The notes beneath the pieces were generated by a model, which made no database searches, was not told where the DNA came from, and worked only from the letters and a program-made list of their open reading frames with translations. A stretch of 64,000 nucleotides of DNA from Camelus ferus. Its lineage: Eukaryota. A program made the translations under genes and the position numbers. Location: positions 43,154,001 to 43,218,000 of the forward strand of contig NC_045697.1 in NCBI RefSeq assembly GCF_009834535.1, given 5' to 3'. Shown piece by piece: positions 36,480-49,989 of the stretch (the stretch's first letter is position 1; every line of letters begins with the position of its first letter).

Positions 36480-39400
36480 ATTCTTATAGGTGCTATATTC
36501 TGTTCCATTAGATTACTTGTCTGTCCTTATGCTTATCACACTGTTTTAATTGTTTACTATTAAATATTATCAGTATTTTTAGCTGTCTGGTAGGATGATC
36601 CTCTTGCTTTATCTTTTTTTTTTTTTTTTGCAATTTTTGGCCATTTATTGCTCTATTTTAGTTCTAATTTCAACTCATCAAGTATTTGAAAAAAATACTG
36701 AAGGTTTTTGAAAATGCAGTGGATTTCTATTTCTTTGGGGACTATTGACTTATTTATGATATTGACTTTTCCACTCCACGATATATCTTTGATATATGAA
36801 CATACTGCATATTTTATATATTCCATGATATATCTTTTATTATTTAGGCTTCCCTTTATCTCCTTTCACAATAGTTAATATTCTTCATAAAGTTCTTATA
36901 TATGTTTTATTTCTTTTTCTTGCGTTATCACACAGGCTAGGACATTTAATACAAGGTTAAATAGAAGTAATGATAATGAGCATATTTCCTTTTACCTTGA
37001 CTTTAAAGAATTTGAGCTTTACATTTCACTACTGAAGGGCATCTGTATTAGAGGCTTTTGTTAAATATCTTTCACAGGTTTGGGAAGCTCCCTCCAATTT
37101 CTTGTAGGTATAAGTTTTTTTTAACAATTAATGATTGTTAAATTTTGTGTAATAATTCTTTCTGCACTAATTGAGATGATAAATTCACCTTTAGTGGGTT
37201 AATGTATTAAATTACTTAGTAGATTTCTTAATGCTAAATCATTCTTTAAATTCTAGGGTGAGTCATCTTTGGTCATAATTAATTTAAAAATATGTTACTG
37301 AAATAGTTAACTGGTACATTATTTAGGACTTTTGCTTCTATAATTGAGAATAGTTTATATGTTTTCTTTCTTATTCTTTCCTAACCCAGTTTATTTATGA
37401 AGTACATATTAGCATTCACAAATTAAGCTGGAGAGCTTTTCTTGTTTCTCTAGTTTACATGACAGTTTATATAAGTAGAGGGTTTTTTCCCTTGGAAGTT
37501 TGGTAAAACTCACCTGTAAAATTATATGGGCCCTTTGCTTCTATTTGGGATCAAGTTTTGATGACTAATCTGATTTCTTTAATGACTATAGGTCTGTTCA
37601 GGGTTTTAATTTCTTATTGAATAAAATTTGTCATTTATGCTTCTTTCCACAAATTTATCCATATTGTATACATTTTCAAATTTATTAGCATAAAATTATT
37701 CCTAAGTCTCTCTTATGTGATCTTTTTTAAAATCAGTAGGTATGTTCTCTTTTCTTTTCCCAATATTGATTTCTTTCCCTGATATACTGTCCTTCCCTGC
37801 CATCCTCACCTTGGGCACATTTGGCAGAGTTTGGCTACTCTGTCTTTCCAAATAACTGGCTTTTGATTTGGTTGATTTTTTTAATGATTCTTATCTTCAA
37901 CTATATTAATTTTTGCTCTTATTTTAACCATCTCCTCTTACATACATTCTTTAGGCTTATTTTGCTGTGAATATTTTTACTTCTTCAAGTTGTACTTTGC
38001 TCAGTAGTTTTCAGTTTTCCTTCTTTTTTAATGTACATTTAGAAACAGTTATGAATGTATCCTTTAAATGTCATATTAGCTGTATCACACAAATTTTGAT
38101 TCACAGCATTTTTATTGTGCTTCTATTGTTAATATCATTTCTAGTTTGATTTACTTCTTGACTCATGATTTGGTATTTTCTTTTTATTAATTTTTAGTTT
38201 TACTGTATTGTACTGAAAGAATATTGTTCAGACTTATATTAATTATTTGGCATTTTTGAGACTTCCTGAATGGCTTACAAAGATTTCTTAGAAAAGTTTT
38301 CCAAATGTAGGTTTATATGTCTTTAGATACAATCCTTCTTGATAAATGAATTTTTCCTTGTGTGTTATTTGAATCTTCTGTATTTTTACTATGTTTTGGC
38401 TGCTGCTGCAGCTTTAATTTCCAAGAGAGATATGTTCAAATCTTCTGATGTCATTATGTATATTTCTGTTTCTACTTGTAATTATGCTAATTTTTTGTTT
38501 GACTAGTCCAAGTCTACTAGTGTTTAGTGCAGGCAGGCTTGGGATTTTTAGGTCTCTCTGGTAACTTTCTCTTTTATCATGAAATTAAGACTCTTTTCAT
38601 TTCTAATAATGGTTTTACTTTAAGTTATATTTTTCTAGTGTTTATATGGCAACATTTTTCTTTTGATTATTTTTCTGAGATACTTCAATTTTCATTAATT
38701 TTCAAATTTTCAGTATCAACATATTTCCTATTATAAATAGCACACACTTGGATTTCTTTTAAAAATCCATTGTCACTTATAAATGGCATATTACTAGATT
38801 TTAAAAATCCAGTCTGAGTCCCTTTCTTTAACCATGAAGTTTAACTTGCATATATTATGATTACTGGCCTAACAAGCCTGATTGCTGTTAGTTTATTTTG
38901 TGTTTTCTAGATATGCATTTTATTTATAATTTCCATTATTCATTAGATTCATTTATTTTTTAAATCTTCTTTTCCTATTCTCTACTAATTTGGAAATTAT
39001 ATCTCATATTCCTGTAATTTTCATGGCTTTCCCTAAAATTTTAACATAAGTATTTGCTAAAACAAAGTCTAAAGTTAACATCTCTATACTTGTTTCAAAC
39101 AGTTTTGAAGACTCATATTACTTTAACTTTAGACACCAACTCCTATATCCATGTCATTGTTTTCTAACATTTTTATCTTTTCTCATTTTAAATATCCATC
39201 TATTTTTGTCTTTATCATTTTTAAAACTCAATGCTTATTAAATTTTTTTCATACTTAACCAATTCAATTACATTACTTCACATAATCCACTCTTTCCTCT
39301 TAATTTTAATTCCTTCTTATTAAAGTATATCCTTTAATACTCTTTAGAGTGAATATCTGTGTGGTCAGTTCTCTCAGTATGTGTCTAAATATCTTTATTT

Positions 39401-39690
39401 TCCCCTCCCATCTAATTGATAGTTTAACACTAGGAAAATAGTATTCCATTGTTCTTTGGCCTCTAGTGTTGCTGATGAGAAGTTTATTATTTTTTTAAAG
39501 TAATCTGTCTTTTTTTTTTAATAGAGTTTGTATATTTTTTCTACTTGGCTTTAATGGTTTACAAATTCTCTGCTTTTTGGACTTATTTTTATTTGTATTT
39601 CTCTGAACTTATTGTGCTTTTACAATCTAGGAGTTCATATCTTCCATCAATTCATGAGCATTCTCTGCCATTATCATTTTGAATATGGAA
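36480..39690 (-). mobile_element. Ancient L1 (L1ME-like) long degenerate fragment
   Basis: Very T-rich, with L1 antisense motifs 'ttaaatagaagtaatgataatgagcat', 'tttggtaaaactcacctgtaaaattatatgggcc', 'attccattgttctttggcctctagtgttgctgatgagaagt'. Confidence 0.8.
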
Positions 39691-39989
39691 AAACATAGTA
39701 GGAGCCAAATCATGATTACAGAATGGCGTGTCTTTCCGTTTAGCCTTCAAGAACACGATTCACTTAACATTTAACAGTATCCAGGCTGTAACAGTTTGGA
39801 AGCAAGGGGCAAAAGGAAACATGTGCTTTTCAAAACTCAGTCACTGAGTCGAGTCACAATTCTAATTTTCAACATCATGCTGTAGCAAATCAAGACTTGG
39901 TTAAGGACTGGCTGACATGTAGCATCCAGCATGCCAGCTGAGGAATAAGAAGGAAGGTTAGAGAGCGTATAATATATTCTCTCATTGAT

Positions 39990-40110
39990 TGATTGATACG
40001 TTCATTCATCGAATGTTGATTAAATGATTTTTGAATGCCAGGCAATGAGTTTGGCTTTTGAGATTTGGAAATGAATAATATTTATGTCCCAACTTTGACT
40101 AGAATCTGAA
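39990..40110 (-). mobile_element. L2 3' end
   Basis: 'ttcattcatcgaatgttgattaaatg...atgccaggcaatg...aaatgaataa'. Confidence 0.55.
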
Positions 40111-40918
40111 TCAACTGACCCAGTATTTATTGTTCAAAAAAGACAGCCATTTTCAAATAAATGTTTTGCTCATCCACTCTTGGGCTTATTAAGGTGCTAT
40201 TGAAAAGTCCCTTTCAGTACCTTTCTTTCATTCGAAATATTGGCTGCATCATCCATACATCTCCCTACACTGTTCAGCATAGCCTGCAGTGTCGGGACAT
40301 TGGCTTTAAATGACCTGACTTACTCAAGTTAGGCTGTTTTATTTATGGAAGTAGAACTCCATGTGGGGTAGTGAAAATATCATCTTTGGAAGAAAGCCTC
40401 TTCACACCTTCCCGAGGGTCAGGCCCTTTAATGAGGCGCTCAGTGACCTTGTGCAGTTTCTCTGGGGAGCAGTCTTGAAAATTTCTCAGTTAAAGAAAAG
40501 TCTGAAACTTTAGATGTTTTCACTAATGAATGTGAGCACTAATGGGAATTTCATTGTTTTAATTCTGTGTCCAGGGAATAAGTTGGATGGTCATAAAGAG
40601 AAAGTAGGATCAAATCTGAATAAAAATTGTGTGTTCTTCTGTAAAGTAATGCAAAAATTTCAACTTTGAACATGTTTGTGAGGCTGAAGGGGAGGTGTTG
40701 GAGAAAGGACTTCTGAAAGCAAATATGCTTAGTCCTGAGATTGCTCTGTTATTTTAATCTAATAAAAATACATCGTAAAAGACTCTACCTTAGCAGAAAG
40801 CCAAATTGAATGCAAACCTCAGTTGAAGCTGAGAAAGTCAGCTTATCAGTGTTTTGCTTTGATAGCCTAATTGCTGAGAGGTAAACATGTCATCATCCTC
40901 TGAGTTGCTGCTTCCCCT

Positions 40919-40943
40919 CAAACAAACAAACAAACAAACAAAC
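40919..40943. repeat. (CAAA)6 microsatellite
   Basis: caaacaaacaaacaaacaaacaaac. Confidence 0.9.
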
Positions 40944-41190
40944 CGAAGTTCATGACACCCTTTCCCAAGATTTGATATGATTCATTAGGTGATTACAGCT
41001 CTCAATGGATAATTGTGGGCTGTAATTTGTATATTTCTACTGGCCAAAAAAATTTGGTCAAACTTTATTTTTTTTTCTTTTTAATTATAAAGGTAGTGAC
41101 TTTACTCATTTCCTATATATTTTATTATAATATCTAAAATTCTCTTTTTTTATTAAGTAACACACTTTCCCAGGCTTCTGATATACCCCT

Positions 41191-41640
41191 TGTGGCAGTT
41201 AATCTCCAAAGATGGTCTCTAACGAGGCATGCTTTCAAGTATTCACAGCCTTATAGAGTCTTCTCCCACACTGTGTCTGGGCAGGCAGGTAATTCATGAA
41301 CATTTGGTTTTGGAAGCCTGAAACTGTCATGTAAGAGGTCCCGCTGTCTTGCTTGTAAAGCCACATGGAGAGGAGAGCTCTCGAGGCAATATAGATGGGT
41401 GAATGCCAGCTGTCCTGGTGCCCTAGCTGATCCTAGACAGAGAAACTTCAGCCTCTGTCATAATCTAATTGCAACCCTGTCACAATCTATCTAAGTGGCC
41501 CCCCACCTGAAAAAAAGGACAGAAGGACAGCTTAGCTGAGCCCAGCTGATCCACACAATCATGAGTGATGGCATAATTGTTGCTGCTTTAAGCCACTAAG
41601 TGTTGGGGTGAGTTGTTATGCAGCCACAGTAACCAGAACA
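41191..41640 (+). mobile_element. MaLR solo LTR (MLT1F/H-like)
   Basis: TG...CA termini: 'tgtggcagttaatctccaaagatgg' ... 'ttaagccactaagtgttggggtgagttgttatgcagccacagtaaccagaaca'. Confidence 0.85.
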
Positions 41641-42700
41641 GCCCCCAGTGAACACTGTGTCTCCTCCCTCTACCCTCCCTCCCAAATTCTACTGCAAATC
41701 ACTTATATGATGAAATTTGGGGGAAGAAAGGAGGATGAGTGACATACTGACGGAAAAGTCATTCTAGAAAAAATTTTCTTTTTTCAAGTATGGAACAAAA
41801 TACCATACGTAAGGTATTTCATTGAAGGGCCAACATTACAACTCTGCTCTCAACCTCGTATTTCTATAAACATTCATATTTGTACCTATAACTTTATATC
41901 TCAAGCTGAGGAAAGGAATCAGAGATATTAAATACCCAGTTTTATACTATAGTAAAATCCTCCCAAACTGATCTGTGGATCCAATTTAATCTCAACTGAT
42001 ACTCCAGAAAAATGTGTGTGGGAGGTGGTGGATTGGCAAGACTGTTCTAAAGTTTATATGGAAATGCTTAGGCCATGAAAAGCTATGGCAATGTCGAGGA
42101 AAACCCAATTTGGAAGGCTTACGCTATGAGTTTTCTAGAATTATTTTAAAGCCATAGTGATTGAGACAGTGTGGTTCTAGTGCAAGGACAGACAAACAGA
42201 CCAGTAAGACAGACTACAGGGTTCAGAAATAGACCCCCCCACACACGAATGCATGATTTATGATAGAGTCAAACAACACTGCAGAGGGTAAAGATGCTCT
42301 TTTCAATAAGTAGTGCTGGATCAGTTGGTTATCTACACGTGAACAAACAAATCTTGATCCATACCTTACACCGTATCCAAAATTCCACTCCAAATTGAAA
42401 TGAAGACCTAAATGTTAAGTGTAAAACAATAAAATTTCTAGAAGTTAATAAAAGAGACTGGTTTCATGACCTCTGAGTAAGGAATGATTTCTCAAACAGG
42501 ACAAAAAAGAGCTAATCATAGAAACAAAGTATCGATACATTGAACTTTATTAAAAGATGCAGTGAAAAGATAAACCACAGAATGGCAGAAGATATTTGCA
42601 ACACACATTTCTGTCAAATGACTCGTATGCAAAATAAAGTTAGAATCCCTGCAAACCAATAAGAACTGATGGAGAAACTAATTTAAAAATGAGCAAAGTC

Positions 42701-43490
42701 TGGTGACATTGTGATATAATAAGAAAAATACTTTTGGTTTTTGTCCCTGGTTCCTGGCACAAAGCTCCTAAAACCCTTAAAAATCCTTGATAGGGGTGAG
42801 AAAAGTAGCTTTTGTTTTTCATAGTAACCCCTTTCCATCCTACCTTTTTGCTAATGAGGTGACTCTTGGAGGATTGGATTGGTTACCAAAGAAACCAACC
42901 ACTTGGAACATTCAGTCTCACCCTCAACCTCCAGGGATGGAAAAGGGCCCAGTGTTTGTTCCGTCGCCAATGGCCAGTGACTTCATCAAGCATGTCTATG
43001 TAGTGGGCCCTCCATAAAAACCCTAAATGATGGGGTTCAGAGAGCTTCTGGGTTGGTGAACTCATGTTAAGTGTCCCTTCTTATATATCCCTTTCCCTGT
43101 GTATCTCTTCCTTTCTGCTGTTCCTGAGTTGTATCCTTTATAGTGAATCGATAATAGTAACTAAAGTATTCTCCTGAGTTCTGTGAGTTGTTACAGCAAA
43201 TTATTGAACCTGACAAGGAGTTTATGGGAACCCCCAATTTATAGCCAGTCAGTCAGCAGTGCAGGTGACAACCTTGGACTGGCTACTGACAGCTGAAGTG
43301 GGAGCAGTCTTGTAGGACTGGGCTCTGTAACATGTGGGATGTGGCACTAACTCCAGGGAGATAGTGCCAGAATTAAATTAAATTTAGGACACTCAGTTGG
43401 TGTCTGCAGAGAACTGGAGGATTGCAATGTGTAAAAAAATCCAAACATTTCGTGTCAGAAGTGTTGTGAGTAAAAAACATTTTTCTTCTT
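42701..43490 (+). mobile_element. LTR (MER21C-like)
   Basis: 'tgacattgtgatataataag...gtccctggttcctggcacaaagctcctaaaaccctt...tgctaatgaggtgactc...gagagcttctgggttggtgaac...cctgagttctgtgagt...gtgtcagaagtgttgtgagt'. Confidence 0.85.
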
Positions 43491-43526
43491 AGGTTTTTTT
43501 CTTTGGTATTAATAGATATTTCACAC

Positions 43527-43672
43527 AAAAAAAGGAGGAAGAGGGGGAGGGGAGGAGGGAGAAAAGGAAAGAAAAGAAAGGAAAAGGGGTAAAGAGGGGA
43601 GAAAGAGAAAGAGGGAGGGAGAGAAAAGAAGGAAAGGGAAAGGAAGGAGGGAAGGAAGGAAGGCGGGGAAGC
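43527..43672. repeat. GA-rich polypurine low-complexity tract
   Basis: ~145 bp almost purely A/G (aggaggaagagggggaggggaggagggagaaaagg...). Confidence 0.9.
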
Positions 43673-46600
43673 AAGTTCACAGTTTATATTAGCATCGTAG
43701 CTTTGGGGCAGTGTGAATCATCTGTCTCCTGAAATATTAGATAATTTCAGACTAGCTGTGCCTGCAAAGACGTATTCCTTGCTTAGAATACATAATTGTA
43801 GAATCTTAGAAATGTGCAACTCACGAGTGATGTAAACTATACCCCTACCTCTAAAATGTATGATTGCAGCCACCTTGTTATGAGAAAAGAAAACCTGATC
43901 CAATTAATAATGGGAAAGAAAGAGGGACTTTTTGGTCAAGGGTCAGGGCCGTAATTCAGTGGAGTGAATTTTACATGTACTGAATAACTCATACGAGGTG
44001 ATGGCATGTTTAGCGTCGGTCTCAGAAAAGATGTGTTTACTTAATGACTTTTTCTCCTTCTTTCCAAAACCTTTGACTTTATGAAAGTTTTTAGAATGGC
44101 TTCGTTTCATAGGAAATGTGCTGTGATTCTCCATCATTAACAGATGTTAAAGAGTGGGAAGGGAGTGGGCAAAGGACAGAGCTGTGCACTTCAGCTCTAG
44201 AAGACCAGCTACCTCAGCAATACAGACACAGAAACGTCAGTTGCCCTTGGCCATGGCTGGGGCAGAAAGCAGCAGCCAGCAGTGCCCTAGTAACAGCCAA
44301 GGATCTCATACTGCTTCTCCAAATACATGTCACCCTCCCTGCATTTTGTGGAAAGCCTTTGATGTTGATTTGCAGATGGATACCCTGGACTTTTCCTTTT
44401 GCTTATGCAAACAAAGCAAGGCAATTTGGGTTTTCTCGGCAAATACTGTCAGATGTTTTACATTCAGCAACAAAAATTAAGTGGTTTTTCTTGCTCAGAC
44501 TTCTACTACTGACCATACATTAAAACATCTATATACACACACATGATTATTGTGAGAAAGAAAAAAAAATCTACAGAGCCGGTATCTGAACAAAATATTC
44601 CTTTAAAAAACCAAACTCTGTGAAAGAATGCTTTCCCCAGTCTGTCCTGTCATTTAAAAAAAAATCATATATTCACCATATATATATCCCAAACTCTGGC
44701 CTAACTTAAAAGGAGTCAAAGTGAAAAGCACCTACTGTATAAAAACAAAACTCTTCTTAAAATATTTTAGCCAAAATCGTAAGATAATTATTCTCAGTGT
44801 TCAAATAAATTACTAATTGGATTCAAAATCTTTCAGTAGTTTGACTCTGGATAAAATAGAATGTCTTCTTAGCTTTGAATTTAAATATAACCCAAATATC
44901 AACAGGAGTCACTCTATACTTTAAAATCTTGATAAGACTGGCTCAAAACCCATTCCACATCTTTCAGAAAGGTTACCATCATCCTCTTCACATGCAGAGT
45001 GTGAAGAAAGAAGAAAGGGGGACTGAAAAGGCTTTTGTTCTCACAGAACAGAATCCCTTCTGGCTTTGAGATTCTGCTTCCATTAACTAGTTGATAATTT
45101 TTTTTTCCATCCCATCTATGAACTCTGCTGCACAAACCATCATCCCAAACCTGGAACGCAGTGCTTTTCTGTGATTTCATAAAATACCTCTCTTCACTAT
45201 GTAAATGATACATACATACATACATACAGATATATAGCTACAAATGCAAATAAAATAAACTAATAGGCATTGTGTCCTGTCTTCTGGCTGTCCAACCCCA
45301 GGCAGGCTCTTCTGAAAGGCATCGGGGTTCCTGCCTCTTCTGCCTGCTGTCTTTTCACATCCTACTTCCTAAATTCCCATTGAATTCCACATTCTGGTCG
45401 CCGATCACGAAGAGAATTTCAGTTCTTTCCAGATATCCTACCACCTTTCCATATCAGAAATATGTCGGGTGCTCAGCTAAACAACAGGGCTCTGTACTTC
45501 TTAGGAGTACAAAGTGCTGGCAGTGACCTTGGGTTTTTCTCCAACCAGACCTCCTTCTACAAAGGCAAGGTTTTAAAGCGTAGTTTTTTCCCCTCTATTA
45601 CATGCAGTTCTCTACTGTCTAGCTTCTTCACCTCACTTGCCAATCTCTGCCTAATGTGGTCCCTCTAAGCCTGAGAGGGGACAAGCCATCTTACATATTT
45701 ATATCCTCTGCTCCTGGATCAGTGGCCTGCTAGAAGTACTGGCTAAATGAACACATTTCTCAATTGACCATGAGTCACCACAGGGTGTGGAATATGGTTG
45801 CATCTGACTGATGTTCTTCAGCATCTGGCTCAGGGCTTGGCATTTCCAAGGAAATGTCTTGAATTTGACTTTGAATGGTGACTTGTTCATGGTTCTGATC
45901 TATTACTTGTCACAGCACAGTACATGCAACTCATGAAAGTGACCAATCTGAATGTCTACAAGCATGGAGGATGCTCTCCTACAGAATCTGTTGGAGTTCT
46001 CCAATGACCCAACCATGGCCCTTAATTCTAGCTCCTAATAACACTCTTCAGTTTGACATTTGGCAACTACTTCCTCAGCTCTGGTATGTAATTATAGATT
46101 TCTTTAACTGGTGGTGGCTAACAGTCCTCATTGCTAGTTCTCAGATCTCCACCATCACCCTCCAAATTATAGAAAAAGGATTGACTAGCTTCACAGGTAC
46201 AGAACCAGAGTTCAATACTTATCAAATGGAAGGGTTTTTGTGAGGTTGTGAGGTCCAAAGGTGTGGGCTTCTCAGGAAGGTGGCAAATGTTTCCTTGCAG
46301 CATAAAGGGCATGAGTTCATTCTCCAGCACTTTAACACCTACTTCCTGGCCCAGAAACTGACCATCTTTGATCCTGTGTAGTAGAGAAGGATTGATGAGA
46401 AGAACTAAGGAGGATGGCACTTTGCATGTACTCACCCAGGGAGAATCCAGAACGTCAAACAGGCACTTTTGGACATCAACCCAGAAAATTCTTGGACTGC
46501 AAGACCATTACCTGATAGCGAGCTGGTACAGCTTCCTTGCACAGACATTGTGACCTGATTGGGAGAGAGCCTAACGATTAAATCAGGCCAGCCAGTCATT

Positions 46601-46844
46601 TCATAGAAGATTGTCTAGGTAAGCAATTCAGGGAGACCCTGGCATGTTTACTTAAGAATCCACATTCTTTTCAGCTTCCCTGTGCAATTTTTTGAAGCTG
46701 ATAGTTGAAATGAGGATGGGAGACCAGCTCCTTTTCCACAGGTTTCATGAGGTCAGAGCCTTAAAATATAAGAATAGCAAGAGGAGTTGCAGGAAAAGAA
46801 GAGAAAGAGAGAAGGAGGAGAAAGGAAAGAGGGAGGGAAGCAGT

Positions 46845-46935
46845 GATTTATTGATCAATTTCTATAAGATGCCAGGCGTTTGTTTTTCCTCTATTATTGC
46901 TAATATTCAAAGCAGTCACTCAAGACAGGTATTCT

Positions 46936-46966
<31 letters not shown>

Positions 46967-47090
46967 GTGAGTAACTTAGATGCAGAGATAAGTAAACAGT
47001 TCAAGGTCATATAGGTCTAGAAAGTAATAGAGGTGAGACTCCAAGCCAGATCTCACTATGGAATCCACGTTCTTCCCCCCACACCATGAT
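46845..47090 (-). mobile_element. MIR SINE with expanded poly(T)
   Basis: 'tttattgatc...atgccaggc...gagataagtaaacagttcaaggtcatatagg...gagactccaagccagatct'. Confidence 0.7.
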
Positions 47091-47124
47091 GCTCATGAAG
47101 GCAAAAAAAAGTACAAGAATTGTC

Positions 47125-47330
47125 TCTTATTGAGCCTCTGCATATGTAGACAGAATGTTTTATAGCTATTTTCCCCGTGCCTCCCAACAATCCAGTGTGT
47201 TATAATGATACTCATTTTACAGATGAGCATATGAAGGCTCAAAGAGACAACTTTAGCTTCACCTAATTTTCAAAGTTAGTAAAAATGGCAGTAGTTTTAT
47301 CAACCAAACTTTAGGCCTTTGGACAACTCT
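47125..47330 (-). mobile_element. MIR SINE
   Basis: 'ttattgagcctctg...ctcattttacagatgagcatatgaaggctcaaagag'. Confidence 0.7.
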
Positions 47331-47745
47331 GGTGGGGGATCATGGAAGAAACTGAGAACAAGCCCCAATTCCAAGGGATCCTCTACTTTCCAGAAATATT
47401 CAGATGATGCATTCCCTCGTGTTGGGCAATCTTCGGTTTATCTCCTATTTCTGAAGCACTGTCCATGATGCTCCAGGAGTTAACGTGTTCCTGCCCTCCA
47501 GTCCTTGACACACCATCTCCAATTCTGATGGCCAGATAAAATACCAACAACAGAAGCTGGACCAGAACCCTGGGCTCTATTCCTTGTCTCAGCAGATCAA
47601 CTAGCTTGCCTTCTCTCCCATTATTGGATTCAGCCTTAGCCACACTCCAGAATATTCAGTCCTATAAAAATCACCGCTTTTCAACCTCAGTAACTTTCTC
47701 TGCTCTCATCCACCACCTGAATGACATTTGCCAGTGGCTGCCCAG

Positions 47746-47936
47746 CACAAACGTTCTCAAACTGTGTTTTGTAGTCCACCCACATCCGAATCAGTAGGGG
47801 TACTTATTAAAAATCCAGATTCTGAGACTCTACCCCAGATTGACTGAATCAGTATCTCTAGGAGTGGGGCTCAGAGATACACATGTTTAACTAGTACCCC
47901 TGTTTATTCTCATTTTAATACATTTGAGAAACATGG
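47746..47936. mobile_element. hAT-Charlie MITE (MER5-like)
   Basis: Inverted termini 'gttctcaaa' / 'tttgagaaac'; 'ttattaaaaatccagattctg...cccagattgactgaatcagtatctctaggagtggggc'. Confidence 0.8.
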
Positions 47937-49989
47937 ACTTAGCAGGACTTGGTAAACTTCAGAATCTGCAGGCCAAGCTCAGTAGTGTGAAAATCTAGTA
48001 CACAGCTTTGCAGACCAGGCTCTTTACATAGGGTGTCAAGGCTATCTCTTCCTGTCTGAGCTCCAATACTAGATATAACCCACTAGAGCTGCGTGCTGGG
48101 ACTCTGACCAGCCATCGCCATTGTGGACTGTATAGCTCTCTCCCTGCCGATGCTTCTGGACACAAAGGACATACTGAACTTAATTTCACCTAATGTAGGG
48201 CTTGGCAAGAACCATGCATGCTTCTTACACCTACCTTCCACTGGTTTGATGAAGACACTGAATATGCCACCTGGTCCTGATCATTCCAGTGTGTTAATGT
48301 CTGAAGGTCTGGAAGAATTGTGGCCCCCAAAGGACCCAGTCACACACCTACCCAACCTCAATATGATGCTTGCATTCCACTGTCAAACCAAAGAAAGTAG
48401 AAGAGCCTAACGATAAAACAATAGTAAATGCTAAATCACCCATTTGAAATAATGCAGGGTGAAATCCACCATCTCTGAGCAAAATTTTGATGACAGAAAT
48501 CAATGAATCATTGTGCAAGCAAGCAAATACCCATTTTCCCCTGTTTCTAGGTGTGCCCGTTAGTTGGTGATGTAGGGGTCTATCTGGGGAATGGTTCTTA
48601 GGACTCATTGTTTATGGAGGAATCTGCTTCCCAGGCCCATGATAGAACTTGCTCCTTGCCCGTGTGTGCCTATTTCTGACCCTTTACAATCTCTGCTTCC
48701 ATCTAGATCCCCTGTCACACTAGATATGACATTAGTGCTGATTATCGATATTATCTAGAATTTTCTTCTGAGTGGTAGAAAGCACTTTAAATGGCTTTGG
48801 GTTTGAATAGCTGGACTAAATGGCACTCTAAGGGTCTGAAAGAAATAACTCATCTCCCCAAACTGCCTACCTTTCTCAGGGGAACAACTTAATCACCTTG
48901 TAGGATTAACCTATTATCTAATCAGTCTTTACCAAAACCCTACATTAGGTTTAAAATTCCGTTACATAGACACAAGACCTCAAATACCAAAAAGGTTAAG
49001 AGATCTCACCTTTATCTGTCCTCTCTCTAAAAATCTGTTATTTTAGCATCAGTGAAGCACTTTAACACTTTACATACTCCTCATTTCTACCTTCCTTCCA
49101 AGATAAAATCTTATATTTTTCTTCTGACTCCTCTGAACAACTCTCCCCATTCCTCTCTTTCATTTCCAGTCTGTCCTTTACAGTCCATGGGCAACCGAAG
49201 TCTTTGCATCGTATTGTATCCGGTAAGCATATTATGTTAAAAATTGTTTCACATGAGATGTACTGGCATAAGGGTATTAAGAATATGGAAAAAAGAAAAG
49301 TGCAGTAAAATTAAATCAAGACTAAATAAGAAAGAGGATGTCAAATAAAAGTCCGGGGCCTTAGCAGGAAAATGAAAGGACATTCATCTCTATACTACCA
49401 AAAGCAGCTAATTAGGGTTATAGTATTTCCTCGGTCCTTTCAGTGTCTCCCATATGCCAAGTGAATATGTACCATGTCTGATGTTTATAATCATGTGATT
49501 TTTCATGAATGGGAAGGTAATCCAGCACCATTCTGTTCAAATTGCCGTCCAGTTGTTACGGGAATTCCTCACGTTGCAGCCCATGACAGCAGTTCTACGA
49601 CCTGCCGCGGTTCTCGCCTTCCTTTCCCTGCATGCTGTTTCCATTCACGTTCAAGTGTAAGTATCAAGCATAGACAATTTTGTTTTGTTTTTGGCTGCCT
49701 CAATTTTTTAACATTTTAGACTCATTTTATGTTTCTACACTGAGAAATCTGTTTGATCAATTCAAAGAAGAAAATGATTTTTAAAGAATTTATTGATGGC
49801 TAGATTAAGAGAAAAAAACGTATAAGCCCCATAGATAGTTGGTGTATAGCTTAAATACATTATAATAAATAATAGAGTTAAAATGGCTGTTTAAAAAAAG
49901 ATGCTGTGAAATCATGGAAACAGAGGTATTTCATATGAAATACTCTATCCATAAGTCATGGGGAAAGAAATAAAAGTCATAGACTATTT

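Larger units (their letters stand above)
41925..43915 (+). mobile_element. Ancient L1 ORF2 3' region (L1ME-like), split by a MER21-like LTR and a GA-rich tract
   Basis: 'ctgttctaaagtttatatggaaatgc', 'aaagccatagtgattgagacagtgtggt', 'cagaaatagaccc', 'cagaatggcagaagatatttgcaacacac'; resumes at 'aatagatatttcac' (~43510). Confidence 0.8.

Noticed and set aside
46938..46965. Long poly(T) as a solo poly(A) retroinsertion
   Set aside because: It sits where the MIR core has its own T-run and no TSD is visible; simple expansion is more parsimonious.
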